From an uncultured Candidatus Bathyarchaeia archaeon (GTDB taxonomy: Archaea; Thermoproteota; Bathyarchaeia; Bathyarchaeales; SOJC01), in assembly GCA_964346975.1 (NCBI GenBank), contig CAYFWV010000028.1:11209-75208 (forward strand): a stretch of 64,000 nucleotides of DNA. The letters run 5' to 3'. A model generated the notes under the pieces. It did no database searches. It saw only the letters and a program-made list of their open reading frames with translations, and was not told where the DNA came from. The first letter of the stretch is position 1; the number at the start of each line of letters is the position of its first letter. The position numbers and the translations under genes are program-made. Shown here piece by piece: positions 38,449-48,055 of this stretch.

Positions 38449-39402
38449 TTGACCTTTGACGGATTGAAAATCATTGATTTCCATGCTCACTTTCCAACAT
38501 CTAGATGGCTGAATTGGAGAGCCTCGTGGAAAGAACGCCTGGCTGAGCGATACGGAGAGAGAAACGCTCAGATACTGATGGAGCAGTCAGCTCGGAATGG
38601 GGAAGAGATGAGGCGGCTTTGGGGCTTTGCTCCACCTGACTCTGAGATGGTTTCCGATGATGAGCAGGCAGCTAGATGGGCTGCAGACATGGATTCAAAA
38701 GGCCTGAGCAGAGTGAACTTCGTGACTGGAGGAAGCAATGAGAATCTGGCGACTGTGATTGAACATTATCCTGAAAAGTTCTCTGGCTTTGCTCATCACA
38801 ACATCTTCTCCGAAGAAGCTTCTTCAGACCTTGAATATGCGGTCAAAGAACTGGGGCTAAGGGGATACAAGGTCATAGCTTCATCTCAGACAAGACCAAT
38901 AGATGACAAGTCAATCTATCCAGTCTGGGAGATGGCAGAGAAACTTGAGATTCCTGTGATCATCCATTTCGGCATCTTAGGAGGAGGCGGAGGAATGGCA
39001 CTCGATCAAAGAAACATGAATCCATTGACACTCTGGGAAGTGGCAAAAATGTTTCCGCGAACACCATTCGTCATCCCACACTTTGGCGCCGGATACTTCA
39101 GAGAGCTTCTGCAGCTTTGCTGGTCATGTCCCAACGTCCTTGTCGATACATCGGGATCAAATAGATGGATGCGGTGGATGCCGTACGACATTGACCTCAA
39201 AGGAATCTTTAGAAAGGCCGTCGAAACAGTTGGGCCAGACCGTTTAATCTTCGGAAGTGATTCGAGCTACTTCCCACGAGGCTTCAGTTTACCGTACTTG
39301 AGAGAACAGCTTAGAGCATGTCGATCTATCGGGCTCGAAGAAGGGAGCATAAGAAAGATTTTCAGTAGTAACTCAGCGAAACTCCTCAAGATCGACTTAT
39401 AA
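38449..39402 (+). CDS. amidohydrolase-2 family metal-dependent hydrolase (TIM barrel)
   Basis: KIIDFHAHFPT.., ..IPVIIHFG.., ..FVIPHFGAGY.., ..LIFGSDSSYFP.. 317 aa, TTG start. Confidence 0.7.
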   Translation: MTFDGLKIIDFHAHFPTSRWLNWRASWKERLAERYGERNAQILMEQSARNGEEMRRLWGFAPPDSEMVSDDEQAARWAADMDSKGLSRVNFVTGGSNENLATVIEHYPEKFSGFAHHNIFSEEASSDLEYAVKELGLRGYKVIASSQTRPIDDKSIYPVWEMAEKLEIPVIIHFGILGGGGGMALDQRNMNPLTLWEVAKMFPRTPFVIPHFGAGYFRELLQLCWSCPNVLVDTSGSNRWMRWMPYDIDLKGIFRKAVETVGPDRLIFGSDSSYFPRGFSLPYLREQLRACRSIGLEEGSIRKIFSSNSAKLLKIDL

Positions 39403-39616
39403 GACAAGTCAGTCCTTAAGGCGTCTAGGCAAAGAAATGATCATCGCTCTGTCTTCTCCGCCCGATGGCACCTTTTTCAATCAAACAACCTGCCCTAGTT
39501 CTTGCAGCAGCAATATTCTGAGCTGGTCAACATTGATCTACTTACCGAATGCTTGCTCAAGATAAGTATAGACTAAAATAATCTGATGCGTATCAAAGAA
39601 AGCTGGAATGTGACCT

Positions 39617-41197
39617 TTGGTGAATAGTGGCGAAATACCTTTGGAGCTCACGACGTCTAACAAGATCACTATCGACTACACACAGCATGCTGAACGTGTC
39701 AAAGACGTATTTCCCACCCATTTCACAAGGCCCAAAATTCGCGAATTCCCAAGAAGCAGAGAGGACATCGTTGACAAACTGCTTCAGTACAACAGCAGCA
39801 TTTGTGCTCCAAGGAAAGTGATTCAGAATGTTGAGTCTCTCTCTCAGCCGGATACCTATGCAATAGTAACTGGTCAACAGCCTGGTTTGTTTACGGGGCC
39901 ACTCTACACTATTTACAAAGCAATCTCTGCGGTTGTTTTGTGTGAGCGTCTGTCGGATAGCAAGAAGACGCTGGTTCCAATATTCTGGAACGCATCTGAA
40001 GACAGCGATCTTTCCGAAGTTGACCACGTCACGATTTTCAAGCGAAATACCCCGTTCACCATCCTCTACAATCTGCAACCAATGAAAGTAGCCTTCTCAC
40101 ACCTACAGCTTGACAAAGAATCATGCAGAAAGATGCTTTCAACAATCGATCTCACCTCTCCAGACTCGGAATTCAAGTTGAGGCTAATGAAATCGATCTC
40201 CAAGGTGATTGATCTCTCAACGACTGTTTCCGATTTCTTCTCAAGGCTTATGGTTCATCTCCTTGGTGACTTTGGGCTCATAATGGTTGAACCTAACCTG
40301 CTTCGATGCTCGATGACTCCGATTTTTCAGAAGCTGATCAGAAAGCCTGTTGAGTGTACAAGGATTCTGTCTCAAACGAGTGCTTGGCTGAAAACTGTAG
40401 GCTATCCAGCTCAGATTCACAAGAAACCTGATAGCTGCAATTTTTTCGTTATCGGTGATGAGGGAAAGAGACTACAGGTGACATACAACAGAAGTGCCCG
40501 CAGGTTTCAGTCTGGAAACGAAAGCTTCTCTGAAGCAGAGATTCTCAAGCTACTGAGCGACAACCCCCAAGCATTCAGTGCGAATGCGGTTATCAGACCA
40601 ATTACACAAGATTTCCTTTTCCCAACGTTTGGCTATGTAGCTGGACCAAATGAGATAGCTTACTTGGCGCAACTCAAGGGAATATATGAGTTTTTCTCCC
40701 TGGAGATGCCCATTATCTTCCCAAGGTTCGGCGCAACAATAGTGGAGAAAAAAATATCGAAAGTGGCCACGAAATGTAAAGCTGAGATAGCTGAATTCAG
40801 GAACCCTGAAAAGCTGCTGAAAAAGCTTGCTGGGAAGAAACTCGAAGTCTTCAACTCACTAAAACAAGAGGTATCAAGACGCATGATAGCAGCTGCCGAA
40901 CAAGCCGAGGCTGTCGACACGTCTCTGGTTGAGTCCATTCAGATAGCAAGGACTAAAATTCTCAAGACAATCGAAACTCTTGACAACAAGCTCGCAGCGA
41001 AGATTAAGGAAAATGACACAGTGACTAGACAGCAAGTCATGAAGGCTTTCAACAATCTCTTTCCGAATGGAAACCTTCAAGAGAGGCAGATAAGTGTCCT
41101 TGAATACCTCGCGAAATACGGAGACAGGTTCCTCCAAACCGTCTATGAAAGGTTTTCGAAGGCTAAATTTGGTGAACATGTCGTGATTGAATGTTAG
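39617..41197 (+). CDS. bshC: bacillithiol biosynthesis cysteine-adding enzyme BshC
   Basis: AIVTGQQPGLFTGPLYTIYKAISAVVL..VPIFWNASEDSDLSEVDHV.., SANAVIRPITQDFLFPTFGYVAGPNEIAYLAQL.. and QERQISVLEYLAKYGDRF are colinear with B. subtilis BshC/YllA as I remember it. Confidence 0.85.
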   Translation: MVNSGEIPLELTTSNKITIDYTQHAERVKDVFPTHFTRPKIREFPRSREDIVDKLLQYNSSICAPRKVIQNVESLSQPDTYAIVTGQQPGLFTGPLYTIYKAISAVVLCERLSDSKKTLVPIFWNASEDSDLSEVDHVTIFKRNTPFTILYNLQPMKVAFSHLQLDKESCRKMLSTIDLTSPDSEFKLRLMKSISKVIDLSTTVSDFFSRLMVHLLGDFGLIMVEPNLLRCSMTPIFQKLIRKPVECTRILSQTSAWLKTVGYPAQIHKKPDSCNFFVIGDEGKRLQVTYNRSARRFQSGNESFSEAEILKLLSDNPQAFSANAVIRPITQDFLFPTFGYVAGPNEIAYLAQLKGIYEFFSLEMPIIFPRFGATIVEKKISKVATKCKAEIAEFRNPEKLLKKLAGKKLEVFNSLKQEVSRRMIAAAEQAEAVDTSLVESIQIARTKILKTIETLDNKLAAKIKENDTVTRQQVMKAFNNLFPNGNLQERQISVLEYLAKYGDRFLQTVYERFSKAKFGEHVVIEC

Positions 41198-41868
41198 ACA
41201 TTATGGCGCTAAGCCCGCACCCTGATGACATAGAACTGTCCTGTGGTGGCCTAATAGCCAAGATGAGCGAGAAACGATATCATGTCGGAATAGTAGATCT
41301 GACCAAGGGTGAATTGGGAACTGAGGGAACGGAGAGTATTAGAGCTGAAGAAGCGCGAAAAGCAGCGAAGGTGCTTGGCATGCAGATCCGGGAAAATCTG
41401 GACTTCGGGGATTGTAGACTGGATCACGGCTTTGACAAAGCCATTAGACTTGCTGATACTATTCGGAAACATCGACCGTCGCTGGTGATTGCGCCTTATG
41501 AGGCTGGTCATCATCCCGACCATATTGCGGCAAATCAGCTGGCAAAGAAGGCTGTTTTCCTAGCCAAACTCATAAAGATAAGAACAGATCATCCTGCCCA
41601 CTCCGTGAGAGCTGTTGCATACTATATGCTTGAACAGCAATTTGTCCCTTCGTTAGTAGTTGACGTCACACTGCAGTATGATACAAAGATAGAAGCAATC
41701 AAAGCCTACAAGTCCCAAAAGAACTTGATACACGGAGTCGGAGGACTACTCGAGCACGTGCAGGTTCGAGATCGGTTGTTTGGATCCAGAATTGGCGTTA
41801 AATATGGTGAGCCATACTACTATGAAAGACCCTTGAAAGTTGATGATCCGGTGATTGCGTTAAGATGA
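41191..41868 (+). CDS. bshB: LmbE/PIG-L family deacetylase, BshB1-like
   Basis: IMALSPHPDDIELSCGGLIAKM..VGIVDLTKGELGT..R.EEARKAAKVLG..GHHPDH. Overlaps the bshC stop by 7 nt. Confidence 0.85.
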   Translation: MLDIMALSPHPDDIELSCGGLIAKMSEKRYHVGIVDLTKGELGTEGTESIRAEEARKAAKVLGMQIRENLDFGDCRLDHGFDKAIRLADTIRKHRPSLVIAPYEAGHHPDHIAANQLAKKAVFLAKLIKIRTDHPAHSVRAVAYYMLEQQFVPSLVVDVTLQYDTKIEAIKAYKSQKNLIHGVGGLLEHVQVRDRLFGSRIGVKYGEPYYYERPLKVDDPVIALR

Positions 41869-42974
41869 GGATTGGAATTGCATGTTTCCCTACCTTCGGA
41901 GGTAGCGGAATCATCGCCACAGAACTCGCAAATCTACTGTCAAAGAAGCATGAATTGCATCTGGTCAGCTATGATACGCCTGTCCGATTCGATGACACTA
42001 TGGACTTTCACTTTCATAAGGTAGAACTGCTGAGTTACCCTCTCTTCAAACGTGTGCCCTGTTGCTACACTCTGGCTCTGGTTTCAAAACTGGTGGAAAT
42101 CACAAGAAAGTACTCATTAGATCTTATTCACACACACTATGCGGTTCCCAACGCTGTCTCCGCCTATTTGGCCCAAAAGATTTGCAACAACTCTGTCAAA
42201 GTGGTAACCACACTGCATGGTACTGACTCCTACCTAGTCGGGCTTCATCCATCGTACAAAGAGGTTACACAGTTCAGTATGCAGCAAAGCAATGAGTTGA
42301 CAGCAGTCAGCAAATATTTGAGGAGACGCACAATCAACGAGTTCAACCTATCACGGGAGATCCAAGTCATCCCAAATTTCGTCAATCCAGAAAAGTTTAG
42401 GAAACAGGAAAAGATAGAACCTCACAAGATCATATGCCATTCCTCGAATTTCAGGGCAATCAAGCGAATCCCCGATATTGTCAAAGCCTTTGCTATAATA
42501 AATGAGGATTGCTCACGTTCAGATATCAAGTGCAAACTATACTTGATCGGAGATGGACCTGAACGCCTCAAAACTGAAAGATTGGCCCAAGCTCTAGGAG
42601 TTGCGAAAGAAACTTCTTTCTTGGGAAATGTGAGAAATGTGCATGACCTGTTGGGAAAGTCAGACTTGTTTCTGCTGCCATCTGAAGATGAAAGCTTCGG
42701 TCTAGCAGCATTGGAGGCTATGAGCTGTCAAGTGCCTGTAGTTGCCAGTAGAGTTGGTGGTCTACCTGAGCTCATTTCACATGGTGTGGACGGTTACTTG
42801 ACTGGAGTTGGAGAACCAGAGGAGCTAGCTGAGCACTCGCTAAAGATTCTGAAAGATCCGAGACTTCAAGGGGAATTCGGTAGAAACGCCCGCGAAAAGG
42901 TTCTCAAGAAGTACACTCCTGACAAAATCGTACCACAATATGAAGCTCTATACAACAAGCTAATGGGCATGTGA
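41865..42974 (+). CDS. bshA: GT4 glycosyltransferase, BshA-like (N-acetyl-alpha-D-glucosaminyl L-malate synthase)
   Basis: [28 protein letters not shown].H.. resembles BshA [23 protein letters not shown]. ..[29 protein letters not shown]. ATGA overlap with bshB. Confidence 0.85.
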   Translation: [369 protein letters not shown]

Positions 42975-43178
42975 TGATTCAGGCTTTGGCTGATGACGAC
43001 ACAAGAAGACGGATACAGGGAAATGCACTCAGTCAAGCTTAAGGAAGCGCTATAAGCCGCCGTTGCTTTCCATCCTGACAGATGGAAAAAGTGTCTTTAC
43101 CCACTTCCCCCAACAATGCAAATTCGTATGTAATCATAGCTCTCAGTAAAAGCGCTTGCAAGTCTAGGTGAGATCCGC

Positions 43179-43703
43179 GTGAACTGCGAAGTTTGTGGTC
43201 GAAGAGTGGATGGTGTACCATACAAAGCCATCATTGAAGGCGCACGACTAGTGGTCTGTCGTGACTGTGCAGTTCTAGGTTCAATGAGCTGGGAACTGAG
43301 GAACAAGCCCAGCGCTCAAAGGTCGAGTGTCAGGATCCGGAAACCAGCTAGAATGAAAACAAAGAAAGCTAGTAGACCACAATCGCTTGTGGATACCGCT
43401 TTTGAGTTGGTTCAAGATTACGGGCTTCGCATCAAACGTGCTAGAGAAGAACGCGAGTTGACTCCGGAAGACCTGGGTCGAAAAATCAACGAAAAGGCTT
43501 CGGTCCTAAAGAAGCTGGAAAACCAGAAAATGAAACCAGCAGACAACCTTGCTAGGAAACTTGAGCGTGCCCTAAGAATCCAACTTCTTGCCCCAGCTAC
43601 AATAGCAAAGGTTTCACCCAAAGAAGTTTCAGGAAGAGCTATGCCAAAGCCTGTAACACTGGGTGATCTCGTCAAGAATGCGCCAGCGGAGGAAACAGAA
43701 TAA
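43179..43703 (+). CDS. mbf1: archaeal multiprotein-bridging factor 1 (Zn ribbon plus HTH_3)
   Basis: MNCEVCGRRV..VCRDCA.. and IKRAREERELTPEDLGRKINEKASVLKKLENQKMKP. Confidence 0.85.
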   Translation: MNCEVCGRRVDGVPYKAIIEGARLVVCRDCAVLGSMSWELRNKPSAQRSSVRIRKPARMKTKKASRPQSLVDTAFELVQDYGLRIKRAREERELTPEDLGRKINEKASVLKKLENQKMKPADNLARKLERALRIQLLAPATIAKVSPKEVSGRAMPKPVTLGDLVKNAPAEETE

Positions 43704-43714
43704 CACGAGCTATT

Positions 43715-44965
43715 ATGGTGCAGCGCCGCTTGAGAGATGAACCAAGCGGCTTGAAAGAGCTTGAGAGCTTGGGCGAGGCTGCAGGCTATGTCACGGTGGC
43801 AGCAATAGAGCAGATACGAAAACCTGATGCTCGCTTTCAAATAGGAAGAGGCAAAGTGAAAGAAATCGCTCAACTGGTGAGAGAGAGAGAAGCAGAAAAG
43901 ATAATCTTCGACAATAGGTTGAAATCCGTTCAAGCCTACAACCTCGCTAAAGAAACCAGCGTGGAAGTGATAGACAGGTTTCAGCTGATACTGGAGATGT
44001 TTGCACGAAGAGCCTCAACAGCAGAGGCGAAACTTCAGATTGAGCTTGCCAAACTCCAGAATGAGCTAGCCCACGCAAAGGAAAAAGTTCGACTAGCGAG
44101 ACTGGAAGAACAGCCAGGTTTCATGGGTCTAGGAGCCTATGAAGTTGACGTATACCATGAAGCTGTCCGCAAAGAAGTGAACTCAATACAACACAAACTT
44201 GCCAGGGTCAAGAGAAAGAGAAGTCTGCACAGGACTCAGAGGCGGAAGCTTGGCTTTGCATCCATTTCCTTGTCTGGCTACACCAATGCTGGAAAGAGCA
44301 CTCTCTTCAACGAACTGGTCAAGGAATCTGTTCCAGTAAATGGCGGACTGTTTACGACACTCTCCACGACTACGCGAGCGTTCAATCTGTTTGGCAAACG
44401 AACATTGCTGACAGACACTGTTGGATTCATTGACAAGCTGCCAATAGAGTTAATACAGGCTTTCCACTCAACGCTTGAAGAGACAATCTTCTCAGACCTA
44501 ATCTTGCTGGTAGTGGATGGCAACCAGCCAAGCGAGGAGATTTCCAGAAAGCTTGCCGCAAGTCTTGAGACCCTGCAAAGAATTGGTGCATATGGAATTC
44601 CCATTGTTACGGCTCTCAACAAAACTGACATGCTCTCGGGAGGGGAAGTCGTTCAACGTGAGGAAGCCATGAGAGATTCAGCCCCAAACATTGTGCCAAT
44701 ATCAGCTCTCAAGGGTGAAAACATCAAGCTTCTGAAACAGAAAATCAGTCAGCTCCTCGGAAGCTATGTCAATATACATTTCTCAATCCCGCTTTCAAAC
44801 AAGAACCTGTCTTTCATTTCATGGCTGTATACCCACACGAACGTCAAGAACATAAAATACAGCGGCGATTGTGCTGCTGTGCAGATTGAAGCAGTCCCAG
44901 ACTTCTCGGAAAAAGTTCTTGGCCAAATAAAGAAACACGATGGAACCGTCAAAGAATATGCCTAG
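43715..44965 (+). CDS. hflX: GTPase HflX
   Basis: HflX N-domain plus ISLSGYTNAGKSTLFNEL..LFTTL..DTVGFI..NKTD. Confidence 0.9.
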   Translation: MVQRRLRDEPSGLKELESLGEAAGYVTVAAIEQIRKPDARFQIGRGKVKEIAQLVREREAEKIIFDNRLKSVQAYNLAKETSVEVIDRFQLILEMFARRASTAEAKLQIELAKLQNELAHAKEKVRLARLEEQPGFMGLGAYEVDVYHEAVRKEVNSIQHKLARVKRKRSLHRTQRRKLGFASISLSGYTNAGKSTLFNELVKESVPVNGGLFTTLSTTTRAFNLFGKRTLLTDTVGFIDKLPIELIQAFHSTLEETIFSDLILLVVDGNQPSEEISRKLAASLETLQRIGAYGIPIVTALNKTDMLSGGEVVQREEAMRDSAPNIVPISALKGENIKLLKQKISQLLGSYVNIHFSIPLSNKNLSFISWLYTHTNVKNIKYSGDCAAVQIEAVPDFSEKVLGQIKKHDGTVKEYA

Positions 44966-45554
44966 TGAGAAACTGGGAGCAAAAGTGCCTGAAGTAACAG
45001 TATTAAGGTGGGGGCATCGGTTCAGAGACCAGAGGTTAACAACGCATATAGCTCTAGTTGCGAGAGCCCTAAATGCTTCAGGAGTCATTCTTTCCGATTC
45101 AAAAGATGAGAAAATAAAGAAAACTGTCGATGAAGTGGTGAAGAATTGGGGCGGCCCCTTCTTTTTTCGAATGGGCATTCCGTGGAAATCGATCATCAAG
45201 ACATGGAAATCCAAAGGCGGAATAGTTGTTCACTTGACTGTCTATGGGGAAAATATCCAGGCAAGTGATGTAATCGAACGAATCCGAAGGACAGGAAAGG
45301 ATGTGCTTCTGATCGTAGGAAGCAAGAAGGTTCCAAGTGAATTCTTTTCGCGTGAGTTTTCAGATTTTAATGTGGCAATTGGTAACCAGCCTCATTCTGA
45401 ATGCGCAAGTCTCGCCGTTTTCTTGGATCGGTTCTTCAAAGGTGAAGAACTGCTGAAGGAATTTCAGAATGGAACATTGAGTGTTGTTCCCTGCAAGCAC
45501 GGCAAAAGAGTCATGTCAAAAGCAAAGCTGAGAAGGAAGAACTATCAACAATAA
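44958..45554 (+). CDS. trm56: tRNA (cytidine56-2'-O)-methyltransferase
   Basis: VTVLRWGHRFRDQRLTTHIALVARALNASGVIL.. matches aTrm56. ATG 44958 overlaps the hflX stop. Confidence 0.85.
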   Translation: MPSEKLGAKVPEVTVLRWGHRFRDQRLTTHIALVARALNASGVILSDSKDEKIKKTVDEVVKNWGGPFFFRMGIPWKSIIKTWKSKGGIVVHLTVYGENIQASDVIERIRRTGKDVLLIVGSKKVPSEFFSREFSDFNVAIGNQPHSECASLAVFLDRFFKGEELLKEFQNGTLSVVPCKHGKRVMSKAKLRRKNYQQ

Positions 45555-45576
45555 ACAGATTTATTCACCACATTAC

Positions 45577-45587
45577 TATAGTATATA
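45577..45587 (+). promoter_or_regulatory. TATA-box-like element upstream of tfe
   Basis: TATAGTATATA about 25-30 nt upstream of TTG 45611. Confidence 0.35.
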
Positions 45588-45610
45588 CTTGACGATAGAG
45601 GTAGCTCAGG

Positions 45611-46120
45611 TTGGCGCTAGTAGACGATGAGACGCTGAATAAAGTGGCTGAGGCTCTAGGAGAAGAGGAAGCGATAGAGATAATCTACACACTGAAGAAC
45701 ACAGGGGAAATCACTGACGATCAGATAGCCAACAAGACAGGAATCCGCCTAAACTCGGTGCGCAAGATCCTCTACAGATTCTATGATCACTCACTTGTCT
45801 CACTGAGGCGGTCAAGGGACCAAAACACAGGCTGGTTCATATTCCACTGGAAGTTTCAGCCTGACCAACTTGAAGGATTCATCTCAAATCAGAAACGGCA
45901 TGTGCTGCAGAAGCTCGACACACGACTCAGTTACGAGAAGAATCATGACTTCTATTACTGTGGCACTCCTGGATGCAAACGGATCCCGTTCGAGGAGGCT
46001 GTCGAACTGATCTTTCGGTGTCCAACCTGCAATGAACCCATGATGCACTTTGAGAATGGAAAATTGGTTGAGTTTTTGTCTCAAAAGGTTGATCAAATCA
46101 GGAAGGAGTTGGGTGAGTAG
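45611..46120 (+). CDS. tfe: transcription factor E (TFIIE-alpha homologue)
   Basis: wHTH ..ITDDQIANKTGIRLNSVRKILYRFYDHSLVSLRR..GWFIFHW.. and Zn ribbon CGTPGCKR..CPTCNEPM. Confidence 0.85.
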   Translation: MALVDDETLNKVAEALGEEEAIEIIYTLKNTGEITDDQIANKTGIRLNSVRKILYRFYDHSLVSLRRSRDQNTGWFIFHWKFQPDQLEGFISNQKRHVLQKLDTRLSYEKNHDFYYCGTPGCKRIPFEEAVELIFRCPTCNEPMMHFENGKLVEFLSQKVDQIRKELGE

Positions 46121-46640
46121 GCGTGTACCGTCTGAGAAGACGGCGCTGAAAATCCTGAGGCACGCTGGCTGTTCTAAGAAAGTTGTTGAGCACTGTGCTA
46201 AGGTTGCTCATTATGCCGCAGAAATAGCTGAATCCTGCAGGAAGAAAGGCGTTCAAGTCGACGTCGAATTGGTTCGTATCGGAGCTTTACTGCATGATAT
46301 CGGCAGGGCAAGAACCCACACAGTGAACCATAGTATTGTGGGTGCTCAACTTGCAAGGGAACTGAAGCTGTCAAACTCTATTGTTTCAATCATTGAGAAT
46401 CATGTTGGTACTGGGATAGATGAAAGCGAGGCGGAAAAGCTAGGCTGGCGGAGGAAGAGTTACGTTCCCAAGACCTTGGAAGAGCGAATCGTCGCATATG
46501 CTGACAAACTGATAGCGGGGTCAACTCTAATGCCGATAGAGATGGCTATGGATCGATTGTGCAGAGAGAATCGGGTTTCAAAGGATGCGGTTGAACGTTT
46601 GAAGCTGTGGCATGAAGAGCTGTCCAATTGCAGAGACTAG
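46113..46640 (+). CDS. HD-domain metal-dependent phosphohydrolase
   Basis: ..VVEHCAKVAHYAAEIA..IGALLHDIGRARTH..H.. GTG 46113 after GGAAGGAG. Overlaps the tfe stop. Confidence 0.8.
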   Translation: MSRRVPSEKTALKILRHAGCSKKVVEHCAKVAHYAAEIAESCRKKGVQVDVELVRIGALLHDIGRARTHTVNHSIVGAQLARELKLSNSIVSIIENHVGTGIDESEAEKLGWRRKSYVPKTLEERIVAYADKLIAGSTLMPIEMAMDRLCRENRVSKDAVERLKLWHEELSNCRD

Positions 46641-46654
46641 GCGAGGAAAACTTC

Positions 46655-47494
46655 ATGTGCCACGTCAGGTTGCTGCAGAAGATCTATGCGCCAGTTTCAC
46701 TGAAGGAGTTGGAGAAAGCTTTAGCAAGATTGTTCGAGGGCCTGAGAGTAGAGCTAGCTAGTGTCGAGACGGAGGAGAACAATTGGGTCAGAGTCGGAGT
46801 CAAGGGTGAGGATGCGAAAGTCGCAGTGCGCCTCCTTGAAAGAGCAGGGAAACTGGCGCCTCTTGGGATGGAGCAGATTGAACAGTATTCTGTCTTGAAC
46901 GGGTTCGTGGTTTCTTCCGGGGTGGAGAGAGGTATTTCCGTGGATGTAGGACTCGTCTATCCAAGAATCATCTACGTCACGGTTCATCTGCAAAACTTGA
47001 GAAGCCAATTGGTCGACGGTGCGACACTTACAATTCAGCAAATCATTGAATTGTTCGGGTTAGCCGTCAATCTCCCGATAGAGATCCGAGTGACTGAAGT
47101 TGGGGCTCACAGACTTGACGCAGAGTTGACAGAAAGACAACTAGCTCTCTACAGTCATTGGATCAGTGGCATAGTGGATCGTTTGATTGTTCTGGGATCT
47201 TCCCGAAAAAGAGTGAAGGATGCAGTGGAGCGGACTGGACTTACACGTGACGTGATTGGAATCGAATCCTTAGGGTTGTTTGAGCAAGTTGTTGTCTGCA
47301 AGCTTGGAACCGATGCAAGAGGACTGATTGCAAGAATAGGAAAGCGTTTGTACAGAGCGAGACTTGTTGCTTTTTCTCCTAGAAGAATCTTGGCAGCCTC
47401 AAATGATCACTGGCGAACAGAGGTATCAAGCTTCGAACATAGCAAATATAAGCAACACTACAGTATACAAGCTCAAGTCTGGAAAGGAAAATAG
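46655..47494 (+). CDS. conserved archaeal protein (DUF2110-like)
   Basis: About 280 aa ORF in the conserved TFE, HD, Zn-ribbon and aEF-1beta neighbourhood. The family assignment is from memory of that neighbourhood, not from motif matching. Confidence 0.45.
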   Translation: MCHVRLLQKIYAPVSLKELEKALARLFEGLRVELASVETEENNWVRVGVKGEDAKVAVRLLERAGKLAPLGMEQIEQYSVLNGFVVSSGVERGISVDVGLVYPRIIYVTVHLQNLRSQLVDGATLTIQQIIELFGLAVNLPIEIRVTEVGAHRLDAELTERQLALYSHWISGIVDRLIVLGSSRKRVKDAVERTGLTRDVIGIESLGLFEQVVVCKLGTDARGLIARIGKRLYRARLVAFSPRRILAASNDHWRTEVSSFEHSKYKQHYSIQAQVWKGK

Positions 47495-47496
47495 TG

Positions 47497-47694
47497 ATGA
47501 GCTCTACAAACAAGCCTACGGCTGCGCTGCAAACCCCAATCTGCACAAGCTGTAATCGAACAATATCTCCAGGTGCAAAGGGCACGAAATTCAGTTGTCC
47601 CAACTGTGGAGAAATAGTGATCTGGAGATGTGAAAAGTGTCGTCAATTTGGCCGCCACTACAATTGTCCCAAGTGTGGATTCAAGGGGCCGTGA
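47497..47694 (+). CDS. Zn-ribbon RNA-binding protein (translation-associated, DUF1610-like)
   Basis: CTSCNR..CPNCGE..RCEKCR..CPKCG: four CxxC pairs in 65 aa, immediately upstream of aEF-1beta. Confidence 0.7.
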   Translation: MSSTNKPTAALQTPICTSCNRTISPGAKGTKFSCPNCGEIVIWRCEKCRQFGRHYNCPKCGFKGP

Positions 47695-47696
47695 AA

Positions 47697-47972
47697 ATGG
47701 CGAACATTGTGGTCAGCTTCAAGATCATGCCTGACGGAATCGATGTGGATTTTGAGCGATTGAAAAAGCAGATTGAATCAGCTCTACCTCCTAAAGCATC
47801 GATCTACACGGACTTTCAGACTGAACCAATTGCGTTTGGGTTGAACGCGTTGATTGCACACATCAGATTTCCCGAAGATGAAACAGGTATCTTGGATGAG
47901 ACAGAGCAAAATATGGCCAACGTTCCTGGAGTGAGTAGAATTCAGACTCTTATGGTGCGGAGGACACGCTAG
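47697..47972 (+). CDS. translation elongation factor aEF-1 beta
   Basis: MANIVVSFKIMPDGIDVDFERLKKQIE..EPIAFGLNALIAHIRFPEDETG.. 91 aa, the typical length. Confidence 0.85.
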   Translation: MANIVVSFKIMPDGIDVDFERLKKQIESALPPKASIYTDFQTEPIAFGLNALIAHIRFPEDETGILDETEQNMANVPGVSRIQTLMVRRTR

Positions 47973-47991
47973 AACCTGTCTACTTGTAACA

Positions 47992-47998
47992 TTTATAA
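47992..47998 (+). promoter_or_regulatory. TATA-box-like element upstream of cdc48
   Basis: TTTATAA 58 nt upstream of ATG 48056, with AAGGAAG near the start. Confidence 0.35.
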
Positions 47999-48055
47999 GT
48001 AACCCAAGTCTTTTCGACTTCAAACAGCATCATAAATCACAAAGGAAGAAAAAGA

